Assembly (NCBI GenBank): GCA_024640135.1
Contig: JAHEFO010000003.1
Location: 1-54,441 of the forward strand
DNA length: 54,441 nt
Direction of reading: 5' to 3'
Source of the DNA: Acidobacteriota bacterium
Lineage (GTDB): Bacteria > Acidobacteriota > Vicinamibacteria > Vicinamibacterales > SCN-69-37
Made by a program: the position numbers and the translations under genes. The notes below the pieces were generated by a model, which worked only from the letters and a program-made list of their open reading frames with translations, was not told the origin of the DNA and did not search any database. Positions 1 through 8,468 of the stretch are shown piece after piece (positions within the stretch are counted from its first letter, which is position 1; each line of letters begins with the position of its first letter).

Positions 1-388
1 CATTGCCCCGGCCCCCCCGCCCCCCCCGGGCCACGAGGACTCGCGCCCCGACCGTGGCCAGATCCCCGAGGGGAATAAGGTCGCCGTCTTCGCTCTTTTC
101 GTAGACAACGGTCCCCGGCGACACTTCCAGCGTCAGGTCGTTGCCATGAGCGCCGGTGCGGTTGGAGCCTTGGCCGTGTTCGCCGCGCTCACCGTTGAAT
201 TCAGGATGGAAACGATACTGAACAAGCGTGTTCTGGTGGAGGGTGGCCACCAGATAGACCGAACCTCCCAGACCGCCGTCCCCGCCACTGGGGCCGCCGC
301 GAGGAACGAATTTTTCCCGCCGGAAGGCCAGGCAGCCATTGCCGCCGTCGCCCGCCTTCACGCGAATGTCGACTTCGTCGACGAACAA
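1..388 (-). CDS. obg: GTPase Obg/CgtA, N-terminal part only (gene runs off the left edge)
   Basis: Reverse translation from TTG at 388-386 reads [48 protein letters not shown]...[15 protein letters not shown], the glycine-rich Obg fold. It is absent from the ORF track because no stop lies in the window. The TTG abuts the rpmA stop (389-391). Classic rplU-rpmA-obg order. Confidence 0.85.
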   Translation of the reverse strand, partial: MFVDEVDIRVKAGDGGNGCLAFRREKFVPRGGPSGGDGGLGGSVYLVATLHQNTLVQYRFHPEFNGERGEHGQGSNRTGAHGNDLTLEVSPGTVVYEKSEDGDLIPLGDLATVGARVLVARGGRGGRGN

Positions 389-706
389 CTACGCCTTGTC
401 CGCCTCGATCGGAGCGGTCTCGATAGCGATGCCGGGCGCGCTGTCAGACACGGCGCTTGGGATGATGCTGATGAAGCGTCCGCGCTGACCCCGATCGCTG
501 AATTTGACGGTGCCCGTGACCTTGGCAAATAACGTGTCGTCTTTTCCGAGGCCGACGAATGGACCCGGCTTGAACTTCCGGCCGCGCTGGCGTACGAGAA
601 TGGAGCCGCCGGACACGAGATTGCCGTCGTGCCTCTTGACGCCGAGGCGCTGCGCGTTACTGTCGCGACCGTTGCGTGAACTTCCCTGACCTTTTTTAGT
701 AGCCAT
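389..706 (-). CDS. rpmA: 50S ribosomal protein L27
   Basis: [52 protein letters not shown] is the canonical L27 N-terminus. It has a short acidic C-terminal tail. Confidence 0.95.
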   Translation of the reverse strand: MATKKGQGSSRNGRDSNAQRLGVKRHDGNLVSGGSILVRQRGRKFKPGPFVGLGKDDTLFAKVTGTVKFSDRGQRGRFISIIPSAVSDSAPGIAIETAPIEADKA

Positions 707-739
707 CGTGCCGTCCTGATATCGAGAGGCGCCTGACGA

Positions 740-1054
740 TCAGGCGTTGATTGCCATCACCTTCACGCGAGTCGATTGCGTGCGGTGGCCCATGGTCTTT
801 CGTTCCGTCTTGCGGCGCTTCATCTTGAAGACCCGGATCTTCTTGCCCTGAGTCTGCTCGGCGATGATGCCCGTCACCGTGGCGCCGGTCACGTACGGGG
901 CGCCAGCGACAATCTCGCCGTCCGCCGTCTCCAGGAGCAGCACCCGGTCAAATGTATATTCAGCACCCGGCTCGAGGTCCAACCGATCCACAACAACGAC
1001 TGCGCCTGGCGTGACCTTTTCCTGCCGGCCTCCGGCTTCGACAATGGCGAACAT
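740..1054 (-). CDS. rplU: 50S ribosomal protein L21
   Basis: MFAIVEAGGRQEKVTPG... is the typical L21 start. I trimmed the track ORF (740..1081) to the internal ATG at 1054, which has a GGGAG Shine-Dalgarno about 9 nt upstream. Confidence 0.9.
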   Translation of the reverse strand: MFAIVEAGGRQEKVTPGAVVVVDRLDLEPGAEYTFDRVLLLETADGEIVAGAPYVTGATVTGIIAEQTQGKKIRVFKMKRRKTERKTMGHRTQSTRVKVMAINA

Positions 1055-1195
1055 CTGACACACTCCCAAATCCACATCCATACCGCACGGGGGCCCAATC
1101 TGGACTCCACCGGAACCTCCAAGGCTACCACTTGTGGCCGCCCCATTTCAATGAGCCCCGAGCCGGCAGGGTCGCAGGGGGCACGTCGCCTCAAT

Positions 1196-1225
1196 GCTTC
1201 CCGGGGCTTCCCGGGGCTTCCCGGT
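1196..1225. repeat. Tandem 10-bp repeat GCTTCCCGGG x3 (third copy ends ...GGT)
   Basis: Read directly: gcttcccggg gcttcccggg gcttcccggt. It lies between the stop of the 1245..2024 gene and rplU. On the minus-strand RNA, CCGGG-aagc-CCCGG can form small GC hairpins. Confidence 0.8.
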
Positions 1226-1244
1226 CCGGTTCTGTGGCCCTCAG

Positions 1245-2024
1245 CTACCGCAACAGGGTGCGGGTGCCCTTGATCTTCTGCGTGCTCAGCGTGCTGAGGA
1301 ATCCCGGCAACAGGCGATCCACCAACTCGAAGTAGGACGAAAGCGGGGGCGTGTTGTTGGTCACGCTGTAGAGCGTCTCTTCGCGGAAGGACTCGCTGTA
1401 GAGCTGGACCCCGGTCCGACCATCAATAAAGATGAACTTCGGGACCAGCGCGTAGCCCTTCTGGTTCTGGAACGAGCGCGTGGGCGTGACAGACCGGCGG
1501 CCGTACTGGTCCAGGGTCTCCGTCGAACTCGCCACCATGCCGCTGCGCTGCAAGTCGGTAAAAAGGATCGAGCCCGTGATAATCAACGGGGCCTGGTACT
1601 CCTCGCCGATAGTTTTCCAATAGTCGACGTCAGCAAAGATGGCCTCGTACTCCTGCAGGTCGCTCTCGTTCTTGATCTTCGGCTCATCAGGGTCGACCGT
1701 CGCCGGGTCGGTGAGGGGCTCCTCGCCCGCCGCGCGACGACGCCGATCCACTTCGTCCACCAGTGAGAGGACATCCGAATCGATCACCCTCAGGTCAGAC
1801 TTCGTGCGGATCTGGCTGCGCAACAAGCGGACCGTCTCCGTATTCGGGTCGACATCTTTGGACCCGCCGGCGAGAAACCCCAGAATCAGCACGCGCTGAA
1901 AGGACGAAACATCAAGCTTGGCCTGTATCGGGGTCTCGATGACGATGTCATAGAAACGCAGGCAGCTTGAGGCGCCGACCGCCAGCGCCAGGCTAGCCAG
2001 TGCGGCGACGGTTTTGGCGCTCAT
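1245..2024 (-). CDS. Hypothetical exported protein / possible lipoprotein
   Basis: I trimmed the track ORF to MSAKTVAALASLALAVGASSC... (signal peptide followed by a Cys). The region upstream of that Met is Arg/Pro-rich junk that overlaps the TPR gene. I recognise no family. Confidence 0.55.
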   Translation of the reverse strand: MSAKTVAALASLALAVGASSCLRFYDIVIETPIQAKLDVSSFQRVLILGFLAGGSKDVDPNTETVRLLRSQIRTKSDLRVIDSDVLSLVDEVDRRRRAAGEEPLTDPATVDPDEPKIKNESDLQEYEAIFADVDYWKTIGEEYQAPLIITGSILFTDLQRSGMVASSTETLDQYGRRSVTPTRSFQNQKGYALVPKFIFIDGRTGVQLYSESFREETLYSVTNNTPPLSSYFELVDRLLPGFLSTLSTQKIKGTRTLLR

Positions 2025-2379
2025 AGATCTCCATGAACAAGTCATAGTTCTGCCTGATGTAGTTATTCTTCGGGTCCAGCGCCACGGCCTTGTCATAGGC
2101 CTTCTTGGCTTCGGCGAACTTGCCCTGCTGTTCATAGGCAATGCCGAGGTTGTTCCACGCGGCGCTGTACGTCGGATCCAACTCGGCGGCTTTCTCCCAC
2201 CGGAACTCTGCCTCTTTCCAAAGTTCCTTCTGGGCAAGTTCAATCCCAAAATCCACCTGGGCCCGGGCCTCCGACCTGCGGTCGGCAGACAAGGGGGCGG
2301 TGAAGCTCAGCGCCAGCACCAGCGCTACCGCTGGCGCGAACGCCACCTTCCGGACGAAGTTCGCTGGCGAATATCCCAT
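1993..2379 (-). CDS. Tetratricopeptide-repeat (TPR) exported protein
   Basis: Signal-like N-terminus (VAFAPAVALVLALSFTAPLSA), then TPR signatures: AAWNNLGIAYEQQGKFAEAKKAYDKAVALDPKN. Confidence 0.75.
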   Translation of the reverse strand: MGYSPANFVRKVAFAPAVALVLALSFTAPLSADRRSEARAQVDFGIELAQKELWKEAEFRWEKAAELDPTYSAAWNNLGIAYEQQGKFAEAKKAYDKAVALDPKNNYIRQNYDLFMEIYERQNRRRTG

Positions 2380-2523
2380 AGCTGTGTATTCCCACTATAC
2401 CCCCGTACTCGCTCCTGGGGATCCTGCGATCTTCCTGTCACATTTTGCAGGGGTCTTGCCGCAGCGCCATGGCAACAATTCCACTGTTCCTGACCAATTA
2501 CAGGTCCGGCCTGGGTCTTCCCG

Positions 2524-2539
2524 TGGCACCAAGGATGCA
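2524..2539 (+). promoter_or_regulatory. Sigma-54-like -24/-12 element TGGCACcaaggaTGCA
   Basis: GG (2525-2526) and GC (2537-2538) are separated by exactly 10 nt, with one mismatch to TGGCAC-N5-TTGCA. It sits only 15 nt upstream of the dprA ATG, leaving almost no leader, and this lowers confidence. Confidence 0.3.
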
Positions 2540-2553
2540 AGCCGAGAGACGGC

Positions 2554-3630
2554 ATGTTCTCTACGGCTGACATCCGCGCGGTGGCTCTTTCGCTGCTCAG
2601 GCCAGGCCCTGACACGCTGGCGTGCCGCCTGCTCAAGGAAGCGCCGATGGGCCTTCGAGAACTCGCGCTTCGGATCGGCCTGCCGGAGCGAGACAGGGCG
2701 GCCAGGGTGGCCGACGCGGCCCACAGGGCCGAGGCGGTCCTCCGGAATGCGTCGAGGCTGGGCCTTCAGCTGATCACCGCGAACTCCACTGTCTATCCTG
2801 CCCGTCTGAAGGAAATTGTCGATCCGCCGATCGTGCTCTGGGCCAAAGGAGCGGGCTCGCTTGAGGCCCGCAGCGTGGCGATTGTCGGAGCCAGAAGGGC
2901 GACGCCGTCCGGGCTGCTCATGGCCCGCCAACTCGGCCGGGATTTGGCCGCCGCCGGCTGGACGGTTGTGAGCGGAATGGCTGCAGGCGTGGACGGTGCC
3001 GCGCATGAGGCCGCCCTGGACGGCGGAGGCGAGACTCTGGCGGTTCTGGGCTGTGGGGCCGATATCGTGTATCCGAGTCAGCACCGGGGCCTCGCGCGAC
3101 GGATCGCGGAGCGAGGTCGTCTCCTGAGTGAATTCCCGCCGGGCACGGCGCCGCGACCCTGGCATTTTCCGCTCCGGAATCGCATTATCAGTGGTTTGGT
3201 CCAGGCGGTTGTCGTGGTGGAGGCGTCCGAGCGGAGTGGCTCGCTCATCACCGCACGGCTGGCCATGGAGCAGGGACGGGACGTCCTGGCGGTGCCAGGC
3301 AGCGCGGCGTCAGGACGCTACCGGGGGAGCCACGCGCTCATCAGGGACGGCGCCCGTCTGGTCGAAACCGTGGACGACATTCTTGACGAACTGGAAGGGG
3401 TTTCCCGCGGCACAAGCTCCGGCCGGCCGATCAGAACGGTCAACCTGAGCAACCTGGAACTCGAAATGGCGGTGGGTGAACCCTACTGCCTTGACGATTT
3501 GGTGGCCGCGACCGGCCGCCCGACGCCTGATCTGCTCGCCGAACTCGGCGCGTTGGAGGTCGAGGGCAGAATTCGACGAATCGGCGGCGGAAATTTCCTC
3601 CGGCTTGACGCTCCTGCTAGTGTTAAGTGA
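2554..3630 (+). CDS. dprA: DNA-processing protein DprA (Smf)
   Basis: Rossmann-like DprA core: IVGARRATPSGLLMARQLGRDLAAAGWTVVSGMAAGVDGAAHEAAL...FPLRNRIISGL...VVVEASERSGSLITA. An alternative start at 2647 has a better SD (AAGGAAG). Confidence 0.85.
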   Translation: MFSTADIRAVALSLLRPGPDTLACRLLKEAPMGLRELALRIGLPERDRAARVADAAHRAEAVLRNASRLGLQLITANSTVYPARLKEIVDPPIVLWAKGAGSLEARSVAIVGARRATPSGLLMARQLGRDLAAAGWTVVSGMAAGVDGAAHEAALDGGGETLAVLGCGADIVYPSQHRGLARRIAERGRLLSEFPPGTAPRPWHFPLRNRIISGLVQAVVVVEASERSGSLITARLAMEQGRDVLAVPGSAASGRYRGSHALIRDGARLVETVDDILDELEGVSRGTSSGRPIRTVNLSNLELEMAVGEPYCLDDLVAATGRPTPDLLAELGALEVEGRIRRIGGGNFLRLDAPASVK

Positions 3631-3644
3631 ATCGGCTCACATTT

Positions 3645-6086
3645 ATGGCAAAGACATTAGTAGTGGTCGAATCGCCGGCGAAGGCGAAAACGATCAATAA
3701 ATATTTGGGGAACAACTACGTTGTTCTCGCATCCATGGGGCACGTCCGCGATCTTCCCAAGAACAAGCTGGGCGTTGACGTCGACGAAGGGTTCAGACCC
3801 GACTACGTCGTCATTCCGGATCGAGCCAAGGTCATCAAGGAACTGAAGGCGGCTGCCAAGTCGGCTTCGGAGATCTTTGTCGCGACCGACCCTGACCGCG
3901 AGGGTGAAGCGATTGGCTGGCATCTGGCCGAGGAACTGGGCACCAAGAAGCGCAAGGTGCGGCGCCTGATGTTCAACGAAATCACCAAGAAGGCCGTTCT
4001 CGAGGCCGTGGCCAACCCCGGTGAGATCGACATGAACATGGTTGACGCCCAGCAGGCGCGGCGTGTCCTCGACCGGCTTGTGGGCTACAAGATCAGTCCC
4101 CTCCTGTGGGACAAGGTGCGACGCGGTCTCAGTGCCGGCCGGGTGCAATCGGTGGCGCTGAAGTTGATCTGTGACCGTGAACGCGAGATCGAAGCGTTCG
4201 TTGCCGAGGAGTACTGGCACGTCACGGCCCGGCTCGCAGCGGCGCTGCCTCCTGAATTCGATGCGCGTCTGGCGCGAAAGGGCAGTGCCGCGGTCAAGAT
4301 CACGAATGAGGCGGAGTCGAAGGCGGTACTCGCTGATTTGGCCAAGGCGCCGTTCGTCGTCTCGTCGGTGCAGACCAAGGAGCGCAAGAAGAACCCCGTT
4401 CCGCCGTTCATCACGAGCAAGCTGCAGCAGGCGTCACGCTTCCCGGTCAAGAAGACCATGATGGTGGCGCAGCAGCTGTACGAAGGAATCGAGTTGCCGG
4501 GTGAGGACGCGGCCATCGGCCTGATTACCTACATGCGAACCGACTCTGTCCGGGTGGCCGACCAGGCGCTGGTCGACGCGCGTGAGCATATCGGGAAGGT
4601 GTACGGCGCTGAGTACCTGCCGGCCAAGGCCAATCAGTATCGCGTGAAGCAGACGGCGCAGGACGCGCATGAAGCGATCCGGCCGACGTCGATGGCGTAT
4701 CCGCCCGAGGCGGTCCGCGCCCAGCTGACTCCTGATCAGTTCTCTCTCTATCGCCTGATCTGGAACCGGTTCATCGCGTCACAGATGGTGCCCGCGACCT
4801 TCGACGAGACGACGATCGAGATCTCTGCGGGTGACTATTTGTTCCGCGCCAAGGGATCGGTGCCGAAGTTTGCGGGATGGCTGGCCGTGTATGGATCGGC
4901 GAAAGAGGAAGCGGAGGAAAGTGAGCGCACAGAGCGTCCGGCGCCGAAACCAGGTATCCAGGCCGACGGCGATGACGAGGGAGGCAGCACCCTGCTGCCC
5001 GCGGTCAAGGAGGGGCAGACCCTGAAGGTGAAGGGGTTGACGCCGGAGCAGAAGTTCACGCAGCCGCCCGCGCGGTTCAATGAAGGCTCCCTCGTGAAAG
5101 CGCTGGAGGAAAACGGAATCGGGCGCCCGAGCACGTACGCGTCGATTATCAACGTGCTCCAGTCGCGCGAGTACGTGAACAAGACCGAAGGCCGATTCAA
5201 AGCCACGGTGCTGGGTCGCCGACTGGTCGACACGCTGCTGCACCCCGCGTTCGACGACATCCTCGACATCGAGTACACCGCGCGCATGGAGGATCAGCTC
5301 GACCAGATCGAGGAGGGCACAGGGCAATTCGCCAAGGTTCTTGCGACCTTCTACAAGAAGTTCGTCAAGGACCTCAAGCACGCCGAAAAGATCATGCCCA
5401 GCTTCAAGGAAGGGCTGCCCACCGAAGTGGTTTGCGAGAAGTGTGGCGCACCGATGGTGGAGAAGGCAGGCAAGTTCGGGATCTTCCTCGCCTGCAGCAC
5501 CTATCCGGCCTGTGACAGTACGAAGGAAATCGAAGCTCCCGATCCGGCCACTGAGGAAATGGAGGAGATCTGCGACAACTGCGGGAAGCCGATGATCCTC
5601 AAGAGGGGGCGGTTCGGCATGTTTCTGGCCTGCACGGGGTATCCCGAGTGCAAGACGACCCGTAAGGTCATCGCCACGAAGCTGGGTGTATCGGCGGCGA
5701 AGGCCGATCAGGTCCTCGACGAAGTGTGTCCGAATTGCGGCAAGAATCTGGTCGTGAAACATGGCCGTTTCGGCGAGTTCACGGCCTGCACCGGCTATCC
5801 CGAGTGCAAGTATGTCAAGCAGCAGTTGACAGGCCTCAAGTGCCCGAAAGACGGTGGTGACGTCGCCGAGCGGAAATCACGCCGGGGCAAGGTGTTCTAC
5901 GGGTGTGTGAACTATCCGAAATGCGACTTCACGTTGTGGAACAAACCGATCCTCGAGACGTGCCCCAGTTGTAAGCGGCCGTTCCTTGTTGAGAAGATCA
6001 CCAAGCGGCACGGACGCCAGTTGCTGTGCAGCAACGAAGAATGCGGCTACGCGCGAAGCGAGGCGCTTGACGAGGTGACGGCCTAG
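3645..6086 (+). CDS. topA: DNA topoisomerase I (type IA) with C-terminal zinc-ribbon array
   Basis: MAKTLVVVESPAKAKTINKYLG (TOPRIM), then ...GLITYMRTDS (active-site Tyr region), followed by five C4-type ribbon repeats. The start is trimmed from 3627 to the MAKTL Met. Confidence 0.95.
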   Translation: MAKTLVVVESPAKAKTINKYLGNNYVVLASMGHVRDLPKNKLGVDVDEGFRPDYVVIPDRAKVIKELKAAAKSASEIFVATDPDREGEAIGWHLAEELGTKKRKVRRLMFNEITKKAVLEAVANPGEIDMNMVDAQQARRVLDRLVGYKISPLLWDKVRRGLSAGRVQSVALKLICDREREIEAFVAEEYWHVTARLAAALPPEFDARLARKGSAAVKITNEAESKAVLADLAKAPFVVSSVQTKERKKNPVPPFITSKLQQASRFPVKKTMMVAQQLYEGIELPGEDAAIGLITYMRTDSVRVADQALVDAREHIGKVYGAEYLPAKANQYRVKQTAQDAHEAIRPTSMAYPPEAVRAQLTPDQFSLYRLIWNRFIASQMVPATFDETTIEISAGDYLFRAKGSVPKFAGWLAVYGSAKEEAEESERTERPAPKPGIQADGDDEGGSTLLPAVKEGQTLKVKGLTPEQKFTQPPARFNEGSLVKALEENGIGRPSTYASIINVLQSREYVNKTEGRFKATVLGRRLVDTLLHPAFDDILDIEYTARMEDQLDQIEEGTGQFAKVLATFYKKFVKDLKHAEKIMPSFKEGLPTEVVCEKCGAPMVEKAGKFGIFLACSTYPACDSTKEIEAPDPATEEMEEICDNCGKPMILKRGRFGMFLACTGYPECKTTRKVIATKLGVSAAKADQVLDEVCPNCGKNLVVKHGRFGEFTACTGYPECKYVKQQLTGLKCPKDGGDVAERKSRRGKVFYGCVNYPKCDFTLWNKPILETCPSCKRPFLVEKITKRHGRQLLCSNEECGYARSEALDEVTA

Positions 6087-6120
6087 TCCCCCGTCCCCCT
6101 GATACGGGACACTGAGTCAG

Positions 6121-7518
6121 ATGGTGCACATCATCGGCGGCGGACTGGCCGGTTGCGAGGCAGCCTGGCAGGCCGCCTCGATGGGGGTTGACGTTGCTCT
6201 GCACGAGATGCGTCCGGTTCGTCCCACGGCCGTTCACCAGACTGATCATCTGGCCGAACTGGTCTGCAGCAATTCGTTTCGGGGAGACAAACTCGACAAC
6301 GCGGTTGGTCTCCTGAAGGAGGAGATGCGCCGGCTGGATTCAGTCATCATCCGTATCGCCGATGAGGTCCGTGTGCCGGCGGGGGCGGCGCTGGCGGTCG
6401 ACCGGCACTTGTTTTCCGAACGCGTCACAGCCGCCATTACAGCCCATCCCCGCATTCGGGTTGATCGCTCCGAGGTCACCTGCTTGCCGCCGCCTGCCGA
6501 AATGTCGCCGCTCATCGTGGCGACAGGTCCACTCACGTCGGATGCATTGTCGGCTGAAATCGCGGCGTTTGTGGGGCGCAAACACCTGGCGTTCTACGAC
6601 GCGATCAGTCCGATCGTGTTGGCCGAGACCATTGATCGCTCGAAGGTCTTCCGCGCATCACGGTGGAACCGCAGCCTGCGGCCCGAGGACCGCAAGTCGG
6701 CCTCCGGCGGCGCGCCATCAGACAGTCAGGCGCCCGGGCCTGCCCATCTTCAGTCGGCTGATGCTGCTGACGGCGACTACCTGAACTGTCCCTTCACCAA
6801 GGATGAGTATCTGGCGTTTCACCAGGCTATCCTGGGAGCAGAGAAGGCAACGGTGCACGACTTCGACAACACGAAGTTCTTCGAGGGGTGTCTGCCGATT
6901 GAAGTCATGGCCCACCGTGGCACGGATACCCTGCGGTTTGGTCCCATGAAGCCCGCGGGCCTTGATGATCCCCGCACGGGACGGTGGCCGTATGCGGTCG
7001 TGCAGATGCGGCAGGACACGCTGGCCGGCGATCACTACAGTCTCGTGGGCTTCCAGACGCAGTTGAAGTGGCCCGAACAGCGGCGCGTGTTCACGATGAT
7101 TCCCGGGCTCGAGCAAGCGGAGTTCGTCCGCCTGGGGATGATCCACCGGAACACCTACATCAACGGGCCGACGGTGCTGACAGACACGTGGCAGACGCGG
7201 TCTCGTTCAGACATGTTCTTCGCAGGTCAGGTGTCAGGGGTGGAAGGGTACGTAGAGTCCGCGGCCTCCGGTCTCGTCGCCGGCCGGAACGCTGCGCGGC
7301 TTTCGCTCGGGAAGACTCCGCTGGCGCCGCCGCGGACCACTGCCATCGGTGCTCTGGGGCATTACGTCTCTCACGCGGACCCGGCCCATTACGCGCCGAC
7401 GAACATTACCTTCGGGATCCTGCCCGCGCTGGATTCGCCGCCGCGGAGCCGTCATGACCGCAACCTGGCGATCAGCGCACGGGCCCTCGAGGATCTCGAG
7501 CCCTGGAGGAAGGCATGA
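6121..7518 (+). CDS. trmFO: Methylenetetrahydrofolate--tRNA-(uracil-5-)-methyltransferase TrmFO (Gid)
   Basis: MVHIIGGGLAGCEAAWQAA FAD-binding start, ...LVCSNSFR..., YLNCP, GQVSGVEGYVESAASG. It occupies the conserved position after topA. Confidence 0.9.
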   Translation: MVHIIGGGLAGCEAAWQAASMGVDVALHEMRPVRPTAVHQTDHLAELVCSNSFRGDKLDNAVGLLKEEMRRLDSVIIRIADEVRVPAGAALAVDRHLFSERVTAAITAHPRIRVDRSEVTCLPPPAEMSPLIVATGPLTSDALSAEIAAFVGRKHLAFYDAISPIVLAETIDRSKVFRASRWNRSLRPEDRKSASGGAPSDSQAPGPAHLQSADAADGDYLNCPFTKDEYLAFHQAILGAEKATVHDFDNTKFFEGCLPIEVMAHRGTDTLRFGPMKPAGLDDPRTGRWPYAVVQMRQDTLAGDHYSLVGFQTQLKWPEQRRVFTMIPGLEQAEFVRLGMIHRNTYINGPTVLTDTWQTRSRSDMFFAGQVSGVEGYVESAASGLVAGRNAARLSLGKTPLAPPRTTAIGALGHYVSHADPAHYAPTNITFGILPALDSPPRSRHDRNLAISARALEDLEPWRKA

Positions 7519-8468
7519 TGCTGAAGGGCGCCAGCCGCGACTTCCTGCAGTTCCTGAAGCTCAATCGGAACGCCTCGCCACATACCGTGCGCGCCTACGA
7601 CAGCGACCTGACCCAGTTTGTGGAATACCTCGGCGTGCGCCACGGCGTGAAACCAAGCCGTGTCCCGATCACGGCCCTCGATGCCGAGGGGGTTCGCGGG
7701 TTTCTTGAATCACTCCACGATCGGGGAAACAGTCGCGCGTCAGCCGCTCGTCGCCTTGCGGCACTGCGGGCGTTCGCCCGGCACCTGGTGCGCGAGGGCC
7801 GATTGGCGGACGATCCGACCCAGATGGTCGGCGCCCCCCGCAAGGAGCAGACGCTGCCCCAGCATCTGGATCTTGCCCAGGTCGATCGAGTCATTGAGAC
7901 GCCAGACCCGAGTCGCCCCGCGGGGCGCCGAGACCGCGCCATTCTCGAGCTGTTCTATGCCTCGGGGGTTCGACTGAGTGAACTGGTCGGGCTGGACATC
8001 GAGGATGTCAACTTGTCAGGACGTGTCGTGCGGGTGCGCGGCAAAGGCGGAAAGGAACGGCTGGTGCCCTTCAATCACTCCACGGCGGAGGCACTAAAGG
8101 CGACGCTGCTCGATACTCGCGCGATGCCGCCAGCGGCGACCCGGCGCCGTGCGGCCGGGTCCGGTGCTCGGGCGCGGCCGCGCCATGCGCTGTTTCTGAA
8201 TCAGCGGGGCGGCCGACTGACGACGCGCAGCGTCGATCGCATCGTACGCCAGGCGGCGCGGACTGCCGCCGTGCCTGGCGGTCTGAGTCCGCACGGCTTG
8301 CGGCACACGTTCGCGACGCACTTGCTGCAGGCTGGCGCCGACCTCCGGGTGATTCAGGAACTGCTCGGCCATGCCCGGCTCAGCACGACCCAGCGGTATA
8401 CCCATCTCGACATCGGGCACCTGATGGAGGTCTACCGGGCCTCACACCCGAGAGCGCGCAAGTCCTGA
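7515..8468 (+). CDS. xerC: Tyrosine recombinase XerC/CodV-type
   Basis: Phage-integrase catalytic residues are visible: RDRAILELFYASGVRLSEL (Arg), HGLRHTFATHLL (H-x-x-R), LGHARLSTTQRYTH (His...Tyr). There is an ATGA overlap with trmFO. Synteny is with trmFO and hslVU. Confidence 0.88.
   Translation: MMLKGASRDFLQFLKLNRNASPHTVRAYDSDLTQFVEYLGVRHGVKPSRVPITALDAEGVRGFLESLHDRGNSRASAARRLAALRAFARHLVREGRLADDPTQMVGAPRKEQTLPQHLDLAQVDRVIETPDPSRPAGRRDRAILELFYASGVRLSELVGLDIEDVNLSGRVVRVRGKGGKERLVPFNHSTAEALKATLLDTRAMPPAATRRRAAGSGARARPRHALFLNQRGGRLTTRSVDRIVRQAARTAAVPGGLSPHGLRHTFATHLLQAGADLRVIQELLGHARLSTTQRYTHLDIGHLMEVYRASHPRARKS

Noticed and set aside
1-40. Poly-C/G tract at the window start (ccccggcccccccgccccccccggg).
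   Set aside because: It lies inside the obg coding frame (reverse strand encodes ...[10 protein letters not shown], the Gly-rich Obg fold). It is not an independent repeat element.
1196-1225. CRISPR array, considering the short tandem repeats here and at 51476-51493 and 11194-11222.
   Set aside because: The units are 6-10 bp and either contiguous or separated by 9 bp. There is no 25-40 bp repeat/spacer architecture and no cas genes.
7515-8468. Tyrosine recombinase as a marker of an integrated mobile element or island covering 8442-19130.
   Set aside because: The recombinase sits in the conserved trmFO-xerC housekeeping context. I found no tRNA, att-like direct repeats, transposase, phage or conjugation genes, and no visible compositional shift.
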